Source: an uncultured Alphaproteobacteria bacterium (GTDB lineage Bacteria; Pseudomonadota; Alphaproteobacteria; Micropepsales; Micropepsaceae). From it: a stretch of DNA of 64,000 nucleotides. This document shows, piece after piece, positions 54,137 to 64,000 of this stretch. The notes beneath the pieces were generated by a model that saw nothing but the letters and a program-made list of their open reading frames with translations, ran no database searches and was not told where the DNA came from. The translations under genes were made by a program, and so were the position numbers. Positions within the stretch are counted from its first letter, which is position 1; each line of letters opens with the position of its first letter. The stretch is taken from the NCBI GenBank assembly GCA_963835715.1, contig CAWIGN010000003.1:258219-322218 (forward strand). The letters are read 5' to 3'.

Positions 54137-55306
54137 TCAAAAGGCGGAAATGCCGGTCTGGGCCCGGCCCAGCACCAGGGCATGGATATCGTGGGTGCCC
54201 TCATAGGTGTTGACGGCTTCCAGGTTCAGCATGTGGCGCACCACATGATAGTCGTCCGCCACGCCATTGCCGCCGTGCATGTCGCGCGCCATGCGGGCGA
54301 TTTCCAGCGCCTTGCCGGCATTGTTGCGCTTGAGCAGGCTGATGGTTTCGGCGGCCAGCCGGCCCTGCTCCATCAGCCGCCCGGCCTGCAGGCAGGCGGT
54401 CAGCCCCAGGGTGATCTCGGTCTGCATGTCGGCCAGCTTCTTCTGGTAGAGCTGGGTGGCGGCCAGCGGACGGCCGAACTGGCGGCGCTCCAGGCCGTAG
54501 CTGCGGGCCGCATGCCAGCAGAATTCGGCCGCCCCCATCGCCCCCCAGGCGATGCCGTGGCGGGCATGGTTGAGGCAGGAAAAGGGTGCCTTCAATCCTT
54601 GCGCATGGGGCAGCATGCGATCTTCGGAGATTTCGACATCGTTCATCGCGATCTCGCCCGTCACACTGGCGCGCAGCGAGAACTTGCCTTCGATTTTCGG
54701 GGTGGACAGTCCCGCATCGCCCCGCTCCAGGATGAAGCCGCGCACCTGATCGTCCAGCCTGGCCCACACCACCAGCACATCGGCCACGGGCGCATGGGTG
54801 ATCCAGGTCTTGGACCCCGACAGCACAAAGCCGGTCTTGCTCTTGCGGGCGCGGCTCTGCATGGCCGCGGGATCGGAGCCCGAACCGGGCTCGGTCAGGC
54901 CATAGGCGCCGATCCATTCGCCGCTTCCCAGCCTGGGCAGGTATTTGTCGCGCTGCGCCGCGCTGCCGAATTCACGGATGGGATACATCACCAGGCTGGA
55001 CTGTACCGACAGCGAAGAGCGGAACGCCAAATCCACCCGCTCGACCTCGCGCGCGATCAGGCCGTAGGCGACCGGCGATACCCCGCCAAATTCCGGCAAG
55101 GTGCTGCCCAGAAGGCCCAGCGCCCCCATTTCGCGCACCAGTGCGGGGTCGAAGCCTTCGTTGCGATGCATATCCCGGACCAGCGGCATCAGGCGCGATT
55201 GCGCGAAAGCGCGCGCGCTGGCCTGCACCAGCCGTTCCTCCTCGCGCAGCGCCGATTCCAGCAACAATGGATCGGCCCAGTCGAATGCGGGCCACGCTTG
55301 CGGCAT
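54137..55306 (-). CDS. Acyl-CoA dehydrogenase, glutaryl-CoA dehydrogenase-like
   Basis: [43 protein letters not shown]. Confidence 0.92.
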   Translation of the reverse strand: MPQAWPAFDWADPLLLESALREEERLVQASARAFAQSRLMPLVRDMHRNEGFDPALVREMGALGLLGSTLPEFGGVSPVAYGLIAREVERVDLAFRSSLSVQSSLVMYPIREFGSAAQRDKYLPRLGSGEWIGAYGLTEPGSGSDPAAMQSRARKSKTGFVLSGSKTWITHAPVADVLVVWARLDDQVRGFILERGDAGLSTPKIEGKFSLRASVTGEIAMNDVEISEDRMLPHAQGLKAPFSCLNHARHGIAWGAMGAAEFCWHAARSYGLERRQFGRPLAATQLYQKKLADMQTEITLGLTACLQAGRLMEQGRLAAETISLLKRNNAGKALEIARMARDMHGGNGVADDYHVVRHMLNLEAVNTYEGTHDIHALVLGRAQTGISAF

Positions 55307-55396
55307 TTCCCGTCCCCCTCAGGTGCGGGAAAGCCTTGCGCCGTCCCGATATGCCAAAGCATACCGCTTTCCCGGCGCTGCCCGCAAAGGGTGCGG

Positions 55397-55582
55397 CTAG
55401 TTCGATTTGGTGACTTGGCCTTCGGCGACGCCGCCCTTGCTGCCGATGCCGGGATTGACGAGATGCTCGTTTTTCGGCGAGGTCGGCATGGTCTGTTCCG
55501 TGTGGCCGGCCAGCTTGGCATTGGTATTGCCGTCGGCGCCCGGCCGACCGTTGCGCAGGTCGTTCTTCTTGGTTTCCGTCAT
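55397..55582 (-). CDS. 61-aa hydrophilic hypothetical protein
   Basis: MTETKKNDLRNG... with GGAGA SD. Confidence 0.7.
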   Translation of the reverse strand: MTETKKNDLRNGRPGADGNTNAKLAGHTEQTMPTSPKNEHLVNPGIGSKGGVAEGQVTKSN

Positions 55583-55612
55583 CGGATTCTCCAATAGGGA
55601 TTCAGGAGAGAT

Positions 55613-55638
55613 AACGGCGGCAGAGCCCTTAAGGTTGC
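55613..55638 (-). promoter_or_regulatory. Putative sigma-EcfG promoter GCAAC-N17-CGTT
   Basis: One mismatch to GGAAC-N16/17-CGTT, ~30 nt upstream of the small ORF. Confidence 0.5.
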
Positions 55639-56564
55639 AGCCCGAAAATCCAGTCGGCGACGTCCTTGTCCACGCTTTCGCCTTCCAGGTCGCGCAGCAG
55701 CATGTGCCAGCCATGGGCATAGCGCTTTACCGTGGCTTTGGCCCCCAACCCAGCGATCACCGCCCGGGTCGGTTCAGCCGGAATGACCTGGTCGTGGGCC
55801 CCGTAGAGAAACAGGATCGGCGGCGCGGCCTTGATGGCGGCGGGCGCGGCGCGCGCCTCATCCATCAGGTTCACCAGCCCGAACAGCGTGTCGATGCGGG
55901 TTTTCTTCTGGAACAGCGGATCGCGGCCCAGCGCCCGCAGCAGGGCCTCATTGTCCGACGGCACGATCCGCACCACCGACTTCGCGGCATTGTTGGACAG
56001 GATCATGCCGGGCACCAGATGCGCGCCCAGGAACAGCGCGGCCCGATAGGTGAGCGGCATGTCGCCCCGCGACCACACCGCCGGCGCCACCAGGATCACG
56101 CCATCGGCCGCCGGCGGCGTTTGCGAGGCCAGCGCCGTCAGCACCACGGCGCCGCCCATGCTTTCGCCAAGCACAAAGACCGGCACGCCGGGATAACGCG
56201 CCCGCGCCGCCGCCACCGCATCCTCCATGTCGTCCCGCATCGTCTGGGCCCCGGCCCAGATTCCGCGATGGTCGCTGCGCCCGAAGCCGCGCTGGTCATA
56301 GGCCAGGGTGGTGATGCCCAGCTTCGCCCACACCCGGCCCGGCATGTCGAAGGCATTGGAATAATCGCTCATGCCATGCAGGCCCACGATCACCGCGCGC
56401 GGCTTGCCGTCGGCATCCCAACGGCGCAGCGGCAGCCGGGTGCCGTCGCGCGCCACCAGCACATCCTCCGCCACCATCGGCGTCATGCCGGCATCGGGGG
56501 GCGGCGCAAAACTCGGCGCGCAGGCGCACAAGACAAGCAAGGCGCAAACCAGACAGAAACGCAC
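55629..56564 (-). CDS. Alpha/beta hydrolase (lysophospholipase-like), probable lipoprotein
   Basis: LCAC lipobox-like, HGMSDY, DQRGFG, GESMGG. Confidence 0.9.
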   Translation of the reverse strand: MRFCLVCALLVLCACAPSFAPPPDAGMTPMVAEDVLVARDGTRLPLRRWDADGKPRAVIVGLHGMSDYSNAFDMPGRVWAKLGITTLAYDQRGFGRSDHRGIWAGAQTMRDDMEDAVAAARARYPGVPVFVLGESMGGAVVLTALASQTPPAADGVILVAPAVWSRGDMPLTYRAALFLGAHLVPGMILSNNAAKSVVRIVPSDNEALLRALGRDPLFQKKTRIDTLFGLVNLMDEARAAPAAIKAAPPILFLYGAHDQVIPAEPTRAVIAGLGAKATVKRYAHGWHMLLRDLEGESVDKDVADWIFGLQP

Positions 56565-56616
56565 ATCACACCCGCAAGCTTTGTTTCATAGCCGGCCCGA
56601 CCATACCGCAAAGCGC

Positions 56617-57883
56617 CTAAAGGGGCAGCAGCCCGATCATGGCACCGGAAAGCCCGCTGGCCATGGTGCCCGCCATCAGCGCCCTGCAGCGACAACGACA
56701 GCACTTCGTCGCGCCGTTCCGGGATCAGGGCGCTCATGCCCGCGATCAGGATGCCGAGGCTGGCGAAATTGGCGAAGCCGCACATGGCATAGACCATGAT
56801 CCGGGTGCTGCGGGGATCGAGCGCGCCCGCGGCGGCAGGCGCGCCAGGTGCAGATAGGCGATCAACTCGTTGAGCGCCAGCTTGATGCCCATCAAGTCCC
56901 CAGCGGTCGCGGCCTGGGACCAGGGCACGCCCAGCAGCCAGGCCGCGGGCGCGAACAGCCAGCCCAGCATCCGCTCCAGGGTCAGCGGCGCGCCCCAGGG
57001 ACGGGGCAGGGCCGCCAGGATCACATTGGCCAGCGCCACCAGCGCGGTGGTGACGATCAGCATGGCGATGATCTGCAGGTACAAATTCAGTCCGTCCTCG
57101 GTGCCGCGCGCCATGGCGTCCATGGTGGAGCGGTAATGCACGCCTTGCTGCTGTTCGCTGAGCTCGGTCTCGGCCGGGCCCGGCACCATGATGCGCGCGA
57201 TCAGGATGCCCGCCGGCAGCGACATCATCGAAGCCACCAGCAGATGGCCCAGCGCGCCGGGCAGCACGGTCTTCAGGATGGTGGCGTAAAGCACAAAGAC
57301 GGTGCCCGCGATCACCGACAGGCCCACCGTCATCAGGATGAAAAGCTCGGTGCGGGTCAGGCGCGCCAGATAGGGACGGATCACCAGCTGGCCCTCGATA
57401 TTGCCCAGAAACACCATCGAGGCGGCCGACAGGCCCACCGCGCCGCCCAGTCCCAGGCTTTTCTTCAGCACCAGCGCCAAGGCGCGCACGATGAGCGGCG
57501 AGATGCGCCAGTACCACAGCATCGCCGCCAGCGCCGAGATCACGATCACCAGCGGCAGGATGGTGAAGGCCAGGTTGACCAGGTTGGCCGGATTGGTGAC
57601 GGCGAAAGGCGGCGGCCCGCCGCCCATATAGCCGAACACGAAGCTGGTGCCGGCATTGGTGGCGGTGGTCACCGCGCCGACCACGCCGTTCAGGCCGAAC
57701 AGCGCGTCGCGTGCCACGGGCACCTTCAGCAGCAGCAGTGCGATCATCGCCTGCAGCGCCAGCGTGCCGGCCACCATGCGCCAGGAAAAGGCGCGGCGGT
57801 CCTCGGACAGCAACCAGGCCAAGCCGATGATGGCGCAAATACCCAGCAACGATTGCAGATTGGGCCGATTGAAAATGCAGCAC
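56617..57883 (-). CDS. NupC/CNT nucleoside transporter with ~3 apparent frameshifts
   Basis: AGTSFVFG, ASMMSLP, KLALNELIAY, YAMCGFANFAS segments in different frames. Confidence 0.85.
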
Positions 57884-58003
57884 GAACCCCGGCCCCCGCC
57901 TGAATGTCCCCGATAACGCTACACCAAATTCGCCTCCATAAAAGGCGGGCCCCGGCATGACAGAAAGCCGCGCCGGCGCTAGTGTCGAAAAACGGGGAGA
58001 GGC

Positions 58004-59201
58004 ATGACGGCAAAACCGGCAGGTTCGGGAAAGATCGCTGCGCTGGCCGGCGCGCGGGCCTTTCCGCCGCTGATGGTGGTGCTTTACCATTTCAGCGAAG
58101 GCCATCATTACAGCGGCTGGCGGCCGCTGATCGACCTGGTCGCGACCCGCGGCTATCTGTGGGTCGAGTTCTTCTTCGTCCTGTCGGGCTTCATCCTGAC
58201 CCATGTCTATTGGCCCCGGCTGAAGCGATCTGCTGGCGGCGCGCCGGCTATGGCGCCTTCCTCAGGGCGCGGCTGATCCGGCTTTATCCCCTGCACCTGT
58301 TCATGCTGCTGTTGATGCTGGCGATGGTGGTGGTGTTGCGCGTCGCTGGCGGCGCAGGGCGGCTATCTCTCGATCTTCGACCTGCAAATATCACCAGGAT
58401 GTCAGTGCCAAGGGCTTCTGGCTCAGCCTGGCTCTGGTCCATGCCTGGAACACCATGCCCGCCTGACCTGGAACGGCGCCTCCTGGTTCGTCAGCGTGGA
58501 ATTCGCGCTCTGCCTGATGTTTCCCGCGCTGCTGTGGCTTGCGAGGGCGCGGGTATGGCGCGGCTTTGCGCTGATCGCGGCGGGGCTGGCGGGGCTGCTG
58601 GCGCTGCTGCTCACATCCCGGCACGGTCTGGACATCACCTTCCACAATGGCGTGCTGCGGGGCCTGTGCGATTTCACCGTCGGGGTGGGCATGGCGGTGC
58701 TGTTCCGGCGCCTGAAACCGCGCGACCGCATGCCGGAATGGGTGCATTCGGCGCTGCAGATCGCTGCTGCTGGCGCTGCTGGCCTATGTGGTGCGCTACA
58801 CCGGCTGGTCGCATACCCGCATGGACATCTTCACCGTGCTGCCGCTGATGGTGCTGGTCTTCGCGCTGGCCTTCGACCGCGGGATCGCCGCGCGGGCGCT
58901 TGCAGACGCGCCTGCCCCAGCTTTTGGGCGAATGGTCCTATGCCATCTATATGGGCCAGACCGCCTGGCTGCTGGCGATCCGCTTTTTCGAACAGCGGCT
59001 TTATCCGCCGCCGGACACGATCGTGCTGGGCATGCCCTTTTCCGCGCTGATCTGGTGGCTGGAGCCGCTCGGTCTGGTGCTGATTTGCGCTGCTGTGGGG
59101 CGGATTGCTGGCACAATTCATCGAACTGCCCGTCGCCGCCACGATTGCGCAGCCATTTCGGCCGCCGCCTTGACCCGCAGAGCATCCCCACGCCATCGTA
59201 A
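58004..59201 (+). CDS. Acyltransferase family 3 (OafA-like) with >=5 apparent frameshifts
   Basis: VEFFFVLSGF, ARLIRLYPLH, SWFVSVEF, LGEWSYAIY segments across frames. Confidence 0.8.
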
Positions 59202-59230
59202 CCGCCGCGCCAGCGAACAGGAGCCCTGCC

Positions 59231-60143
59231 ATGACCATTTCCTTTGAGGGTAAGGTCGCATCGTCACCGGCGCCGGCGGCGGGTTGGGCCGGGCCCATGC
59301 CCTGCTTCTGGCAAGCGCTGGCGCCAAGGTGGTGGTCAACGACCTGGGCGGATCGCTGGACGGCAGCGGCGGCAATTCGGCGGCCAGCCGAGAAGGTGGT
59401 GGCCGAGATCAACGCGGCAGGCGGGGCGGCCATCGCCAATGGCGCGTCGGTCAGCGACGATGCCGGCGTGGCGCATCTGGTCAAGCAGGCCATGGACAAA
59501 TGGGGCCGCATCGACGTGCTGATCGCCAATGCCGGCATCCTGCGCGACAAGAGCTTCGGCAAGATGGAGCTCAAGGATTTCGAGGCCGTGATGAACGTCC
59601 ACCTGATGGGCACGGTCAAGCCCTGCCAAGGCGGTGTGGGAGATCATGAAGGCCCAGGGCTATGGCCGCATCGTGGTCACCACCTCTTCCACCGGCCTGT
59701 ACGGCAATTTCGGCCAGACCAATTACGGCGCCGCCAAGCTGTCGCTGGTGGGCTTCATGAATTCGCTCAAGCTGGAAGGCGCCAAGGACAATATCAAGGT
59801 CAACGCCATCTGCCCGGTGGCGGCCACCCGCATGACCGAGGCCCTGATGCCGCCCGCCGTGCTGGAAATGCTCAAACCCGAATTCGTCTCGCCGGCGGTG
59901 GCCTATCTGGCCAGCGAGGAGGCGCCCACCGGCGTGATCATGACCGCGGCGGCCGGGGCGTTTGCGGCCGCCCAGTTGGTGGAGACCGACGGCGTCAATC
60001 TCGGTACCCACGCCACCGCCGACGATATCGCGGCGCATTTCTCGGAGATCTGCGACTGGACGACGGCGAAACATTACGGCCAGGGCGGAGAACAGAGCGC
60101 GAAATTCCTTGCCCGCGTTCAGGAAAAGCCGCTGCTGGGCTGA
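59231..60143 (+). CDS. SDR oxidoreductase (MFE-2-like) with ~3 apparent frameshifts
   Basis: TGAGGGLG, VVNDLGG, NAGILRD, YGAAK segments across frames. Confidence 0.85.
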
Positions 60144-60303
60144 TTTTCCGTCCCGCCCGCGCGCCGCGCGGAGCACCGCGTTCAAGGTGCGCATTCATAA
60201 TTGACCGGTCCGGGGCCAGACCTGAAACATCAGGTCACAATTTTTTGCGTTTGCGGCGAAATGACTCTTGCGAGGCGTTCGGCTTTGCCTCACGCTCGCA
60301 GTC

Positions 60304-60878
60304 ATGAACGACCTCGCGCTGAGTGTTCGCACCGCGCGGCCTGAAGATGCCGCAAACCTCGCGCGCATCTATATCGAATCCTGGCAGGACACCTATGCGG
60401 GCGTGATTTCCCACACCCTTCTTTGCACCATGTCGCTGCAGGGCGCATACCGCGCGCTGGCAGGCGGCGATCAGGGGCATGGAGAAGGGCAGCGGCACCG
60501 TGCTGGTGGCCGAAGAGGCGCGGTATCGGCGCGGTGGGGCTTTGCAGTCTCGGCAAGACGCGCGACGGCGGCACTGGCTACGAAGGCGAAGTCTATACGC
60601 TTTACGTGGATCCCGCCTTTCTGGGGCGCGGTGCGGGGCGGGCCCTGCTGTCGGGCGCTTTCGAGGCCTTCAAGGACCGCAAGCTGCGCTCCTGCCTGAT
60701 CTGGGCGCATGCCCGCAACAATGCCTGTTTCTTCTATGAGGCGATGGGCGGACGCAGGGTCGCCACGCGCACCACGCGGCTGCTTGGCGAACTGACGCCG
60801 GAGATCGGCTTTGGCTGGAAGCGGCTGGCCGCCCGCAAACAGGCCCGCACGATTCAATCGCGCTCGGATCAGTCCTAG
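60304..60878 (+). CDS. GNAT N-acetyltransferase with apparent frameshifts
   Basis: SWQDTYAG; EVYTLYVDP..LGRGAG..LL; FYEAMGG. Confidence 0.82.
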
Positions 60879-61072
60879 TCGGGCTGCGCCGCGCCGCAAT
60901 CGCAGACGATTTCCGGCGGCATATCCAGGGGTAAACGCGCGCGGCGGTGAAATCCGTCCGACAGGGACACCAGGACCCTGTTACCGGTCGGGGCCGCTTC
61001 CCATATCGCCGTGCCGCTGCGAAGGCACTTGCGGCAGCGCAGGACTTTTTCGACGGGCGCATGCGTATCCAT
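60875..61072 (-). CDS. 65-aa hypothetical protein with CxxC...CxC
   Basis: MDTHAPVEKVLRCRKC...EIVCDCGAAQPD; fills the gap, stop overlaps the GNAT stop. Confidence 0.55.
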   Translation of the reverse strand: MDTHAPVEKVLRCRKCLRSGTAIWEAAPTGNRVLVSLSDGFHRRARLPLDMPPEIVCDCGAAQPD

Positions 61073-61215
61073 GCCGGCGATTCTAACAGGCGGATTCCAA
61101 AACATCCGTTGGCGGCAACCTGCGGTTTTTAAGTATATTTTGCAGCTTTTGGTGGTTCTGCCGCCATGCTGCCACAATCTCGCGTGGCGCAGTAAGGACC
61201 AGAGCCCCGCCCCTC

Positions 61216-61734
61216 TCACAGGTCCTTCGGCCGCACGAACTCCACCAGTTCCCCCGTCCCCTGCGCCGTGTCGCGCCAGCGCCCGACATCGAAGTCCAGC
61301 ACGGCCAGGGCGCAGGTGGGGAATTTTTCCTCCAGCGCTTCGTGCCGCGCCCGCTCCTTCCGCCGCACCGGCTCGCGCGCCAGCAGCGCGGCGCAGGCTT
61401 CCAGTCCGGGGTTGTGGCCCACGAGCATCAGGGCGGACACGGTGGCAGGGACGGCGCGCACCGCCGCCAGGATCTTGGCCGGTTCGGCCAGATAGAGATT
61501 GTCGCGATATTCGATCTCGCACGCCATCTCGTGCAGCAGCAGTTCCGCCGTCTGGCTGGTGCGCACCGCGGCCGAGCACAGGATCAGGTCCACCCCATAG
61601 CCGCTTTTGCGCAAGTGGCGTGCCATGGCGCCGGCATCCTGCATGCCGCTGAGCATCAGGGTGCGGTCGAAATCCTCGATGCCGGACTCGGCGGGCACCG
61701 CCTTGGCATGCCTGAGCAGAAACAGCCGCTTCAT
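61216..61734 (-). CDS. sixA: SixA-like histidine phosphatase
   Basis: LLRHAKA, CSAAVRT, VGHNPG. Confidence 0.88.
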   Translation of the reverse strand: MKRLFLLRHAKAVPAESGIEDFDRTLMLSGMQDAGAMARHLRKSGYGVDLILCSAAVRTSQTAELLLHEMACEIEYRDNLYLAEPAKILAAVRAVPATVSALMLVGHNPGLEACAALLAREPVRRKERARHEALEEKFPTCALAVLDFDVGRWRDTAQGTGELVEFVRPKDL

Positions 61735-61916
61735 AGGGCATCTTCCATGGTCGCTCCGGCCGGGTCGCGCCGGCCGGCGCCGATGCTCCCTGAGACCCGC
61801 GAATCCCGCATAAAGCTTATGTTCTTGACCCCCCAGGGGCAACCGCGCGACAAACCGGGCCTATCCCAGTAAGGACGGCAGGCCGGCCGCAACGCCGCGC
61901 CGCCGGGACAAAGGTC

Positions 61917-63110
61917 ATGGCCACAAACAAGAAACCCGGAAATTGGCGCAAACGCACGCTTGCCGTGCGCGGCGCGAGCCTGCGTTCGCCGTTCCAGGAA
62001 ACCTCCGAAGCGCTCTTCATGACCTCCGGCTATGCCTATGAATCGGCAGAGGAGGCCGAGGCCCGCTTCAAGGGCGAGAGCGGCGGCTACCAATATTCCC
62101 GCTTCGGCAATCCCACAGTGTCCATGTTCGAGGAACGCATGGCGCTGCTGGAAGGCGCCGCGGTGGGCCGCGCCACCGCCACCGGCATGGCCGCGGTTAC
62201 CGCGGTCCTGCTGTCGTCGCTGAAGACGGGCGATCATGTGGTGGCGGCACGGGCCATGTTCGGTTCCTGCCTGCACGTGGTGGAACAGATTCTGCCGCGT
62301 TTCGGCATCGGCCATACCCTGGTGGATGGCACCGACACCGCCGCCTGGGAAGCGGCAATGAAGCCAGAGACAAAATTGCTGTTCCTGGAGACGCCCTCCA
62401 ACCCGACCCTGTCGCTGGTGGACATCGCCGCCGTGGCCAGGATCGCGGACAAGCATGGCGCACGCCTGGCGGTGGACAATGCCTTTGCCAGCCCGGCGCT
62501 GCAGCGGCCGCTGGAGTTCGGCGCCCATATCGTGATCCACTCCTCCACCAAGTATATCGACGGCCAGGGCCGCGCCCTGGGCGGGGTGGTGCTGTGCGAC
62601 CGGGAATTCCTGGACCAGCATCTGCAGGTCTTTCTGCGCAACACCGGCCCCAGCATCAGCCCCTTCAATGCCTGGCTGCATCTCAAAAGCCTGGAGACGC
62701 TGGAGCTGCGCATGAAGCAGCATTGCGAGAACGCCCAGCGCGTCGCCGATTTCCTGAGTACGCAGAAAAAAGTGACCAGGGTCCTGTATCCCTTCCGTCC
62801 CGATCACCCCCAGCACAATCTCGCCAAGGCCCAGATGGACGGCGGCGGCGGCGTGGTGGCGTTCGAGGTGTCGGGCGGCAAGGCGTCGGCGTTCCAGCTT
62901 GCCAACGCGCTGAACATCATCGATGTCTCCAACAATCTGGGCGACGCCAAGAGCCTCATCACCCATCCCGAGACCACCACCCATTCCAAGGTGGCGCCGG
63001 ACGAACGTGCCGCACTCGGTATTACGTCCGGCCTGATGCGCATTTCGGTGGGGCTGGAAGATGCCGACGATCTTTGCGACGACCTGGAACAAGCCTTGAA
63101 GGTGGCATAA
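61917..63110 (+). CDS. metZ: O-succinylhomoserine sulfhydrylase
   Basis: ETSEALFMTSGY, YSRFGNPT, STKYIDGQGR, NNLGDAKS. Confidence 0.93.
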   Translation: MATNKKPGNWRKRTLAVRGASLRSPFQETSEALFMTSGYAYESAEEAEARFKGESGGYQYSRFGNPTVSMFEERMALLEGAAVGRATATGMAAVTAVLLSSLKTGDHVVAARAMFGSCLHVVEQILPRFGIGHTLVDGTDTAAWEAAMKPETKLLFLETPSNPTLSLVDIAAVARIADKHGARLAVDNAFASPALQRPLEFGAHIVIHSSTKYIDGQGRALGGVVLCDREFLDQHLQVFLRNTGPSISPFNAWLHLKSLETLELRMKQHCENAQRVADFLSTQKKVTRVLYPFRPDHPQHNLAKAQMDGGGGVVAFEVSGGKASAFQLANALNIIDVSNNLGDAKSLITHPETTTHSKVAPDERAALGITSGLMRISVGLEDADDLCDDLEQALKVA

Positions 63111-63547
63111 TGGGTGAGCATCGCATCCAATTGAATTGGGAGAAGGGCGACGTGCCCTTCTCCTATGAGTCCTATTCACGCAACCACGCCATCACCTTCA
63201 AGAACGGCCCGGAGACGCTGACCGTTTCGGGCGCGCCGGCCTTTCACGGTGACGGCACCAAGGCCGATCCGGAAGACCTGCTGGTGGCGGCCCTGTCCTC
63301 CTGCCACATGCTGAGTTTCCTCGCGATCGCCAGCAAGAAAAGGCTGACGGTCAATTCTTACGAAGATGATGCGGTAGGCTTTCTGGAAGATGACGGCGGC
63401 AAATCGTGGATCGCGCGCGTGGTACTGCGCCCCCGGGTGGAGATCGACACCGACCCCGAAACCCTGGCGCACATCCACCACCGCGCGCATGAAGCCTGTT
63501 TCATTGCCAATTCCGTCAAATCCGAGGTTTGCGTGGAACCGCGCTGA
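63110..63547 (+). CDS. OsmC family protein
   Basis: YSRNH, DPEDLLVAALSSCHMLSF, AHEACFIANSV. Confidence 0.92.
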   Translation: MGEHRIQLNWEKGDVPFSYESYSRNHAITFKNGPETLTVSGAPAFHGDGTKADPEDLLVAALSSCHMLSFLAIASKKRLTVNSYEDDAVGFLEDDGGKSWIARVVLRPRVEIDTDPETLAHIHHRAHEACFIANSVKSEVCVEPR

Positions 63548-63637
63548 CGCGCGGTTCCCCCGTCATTTGCCGGCACGCTAACCATTGCGCCCAATTGCCG
63601 CTTGCGCCGAACGCCGCATCGCCCAATACTTGCGCTG

Positions 63638-64000
63638 ATGTACGAAACGGAAAGATATCAGGACGGCCTTAGTTACCAGTATGAACTGGAAACCAGGCGC
63701 ATCCGCGTGGCGGTACGGCCGGCCTATCTGGACGATCAGTCCAGCCCGGAAGACGAACGCTATGTCTGGTGCTATACCGTTACCATCGAAAACCGGGGCA
63801 GCGAACCGGTTCAGCTTTTGTCGCGCTACTGGAACATCGTCGATGGCGCGGGACGGGTGCAGGAAGTGCGTGGCCCAGGCGTGGTGGGCGCCCAGCCGGT
63901 GATCGCACCCGGCGAAAGCTTTCAGTACACCAGCGGCTGTCCGCTGGAGACCGCATCGGGCACCATGAGCGGCCGCTATCAGATGATGAGCGCGTCGGGT
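63638..64000 (+). CDS. apaG: ApaG, runs off window end
   Basis: Hand translation: [41 protein letters not shown]. Confidence 0.95.
   Translation, partial: MYETERYQDGLSYQYELETRRIRVAVRPAYLDDQSSPEDERYVWCYTVTIENRGSEPVQLLSRYWNIVDGAGRVQEVRGPGVVGAQPVIAPGESFQYTSGCPLETASGTMSGRYQMMSASG

Noticed and set aside
61819-61872. uORF MFLTPQGQPRDKPGLSQ before metZ
   Set aside because: It overlaps the probable promoter and has no Met/Cys control codons.

Overview
High-GC alphaproteobacterial chromosome segment (taxon inferred from gene content and order). Positions 1-29 kb hold a GntR-controlled dehydrogenase operon followed by core genes: selO, rhlE, two-domain csp, ATM1-type ABC exporter, nadE-gltX-cysS-cimA, class II DAHP synthase, gor, rpiA, glmU-glmS, gph and a two-component pair. 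tRNA-Val(CAC) at 29165-29239 is followed by an ~8.8 kb integrase-less island. The island ends in a degenerate copy of the tRNA 3' end and is divided into gene modules by same-orientation 30-bp palindromes (AATGTCCGCT-N10-AGCGGACATT). Positions 38-64 kb hold many exported enzymes, two TPR-glycosyltransferases, hemF-hemC, two His-rich Tat beta-propeller paralogues, metZ, an OsmC-family gene and apaG. Several short ORFs absent from the ORF track were read by hand: an Ile/Cys-containing leader before cysS-cimA, Phe/Tyr-rich uORFs before DAHP synthase, and a 30-aa membrane peptide abutting the ABC exporter. Dense frameshifts at 56.6-60.6 kb, and single ones in cimA and at ~51277, look like sequencing errors. 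All calls come from motif recognition by eye; no database searches were run.
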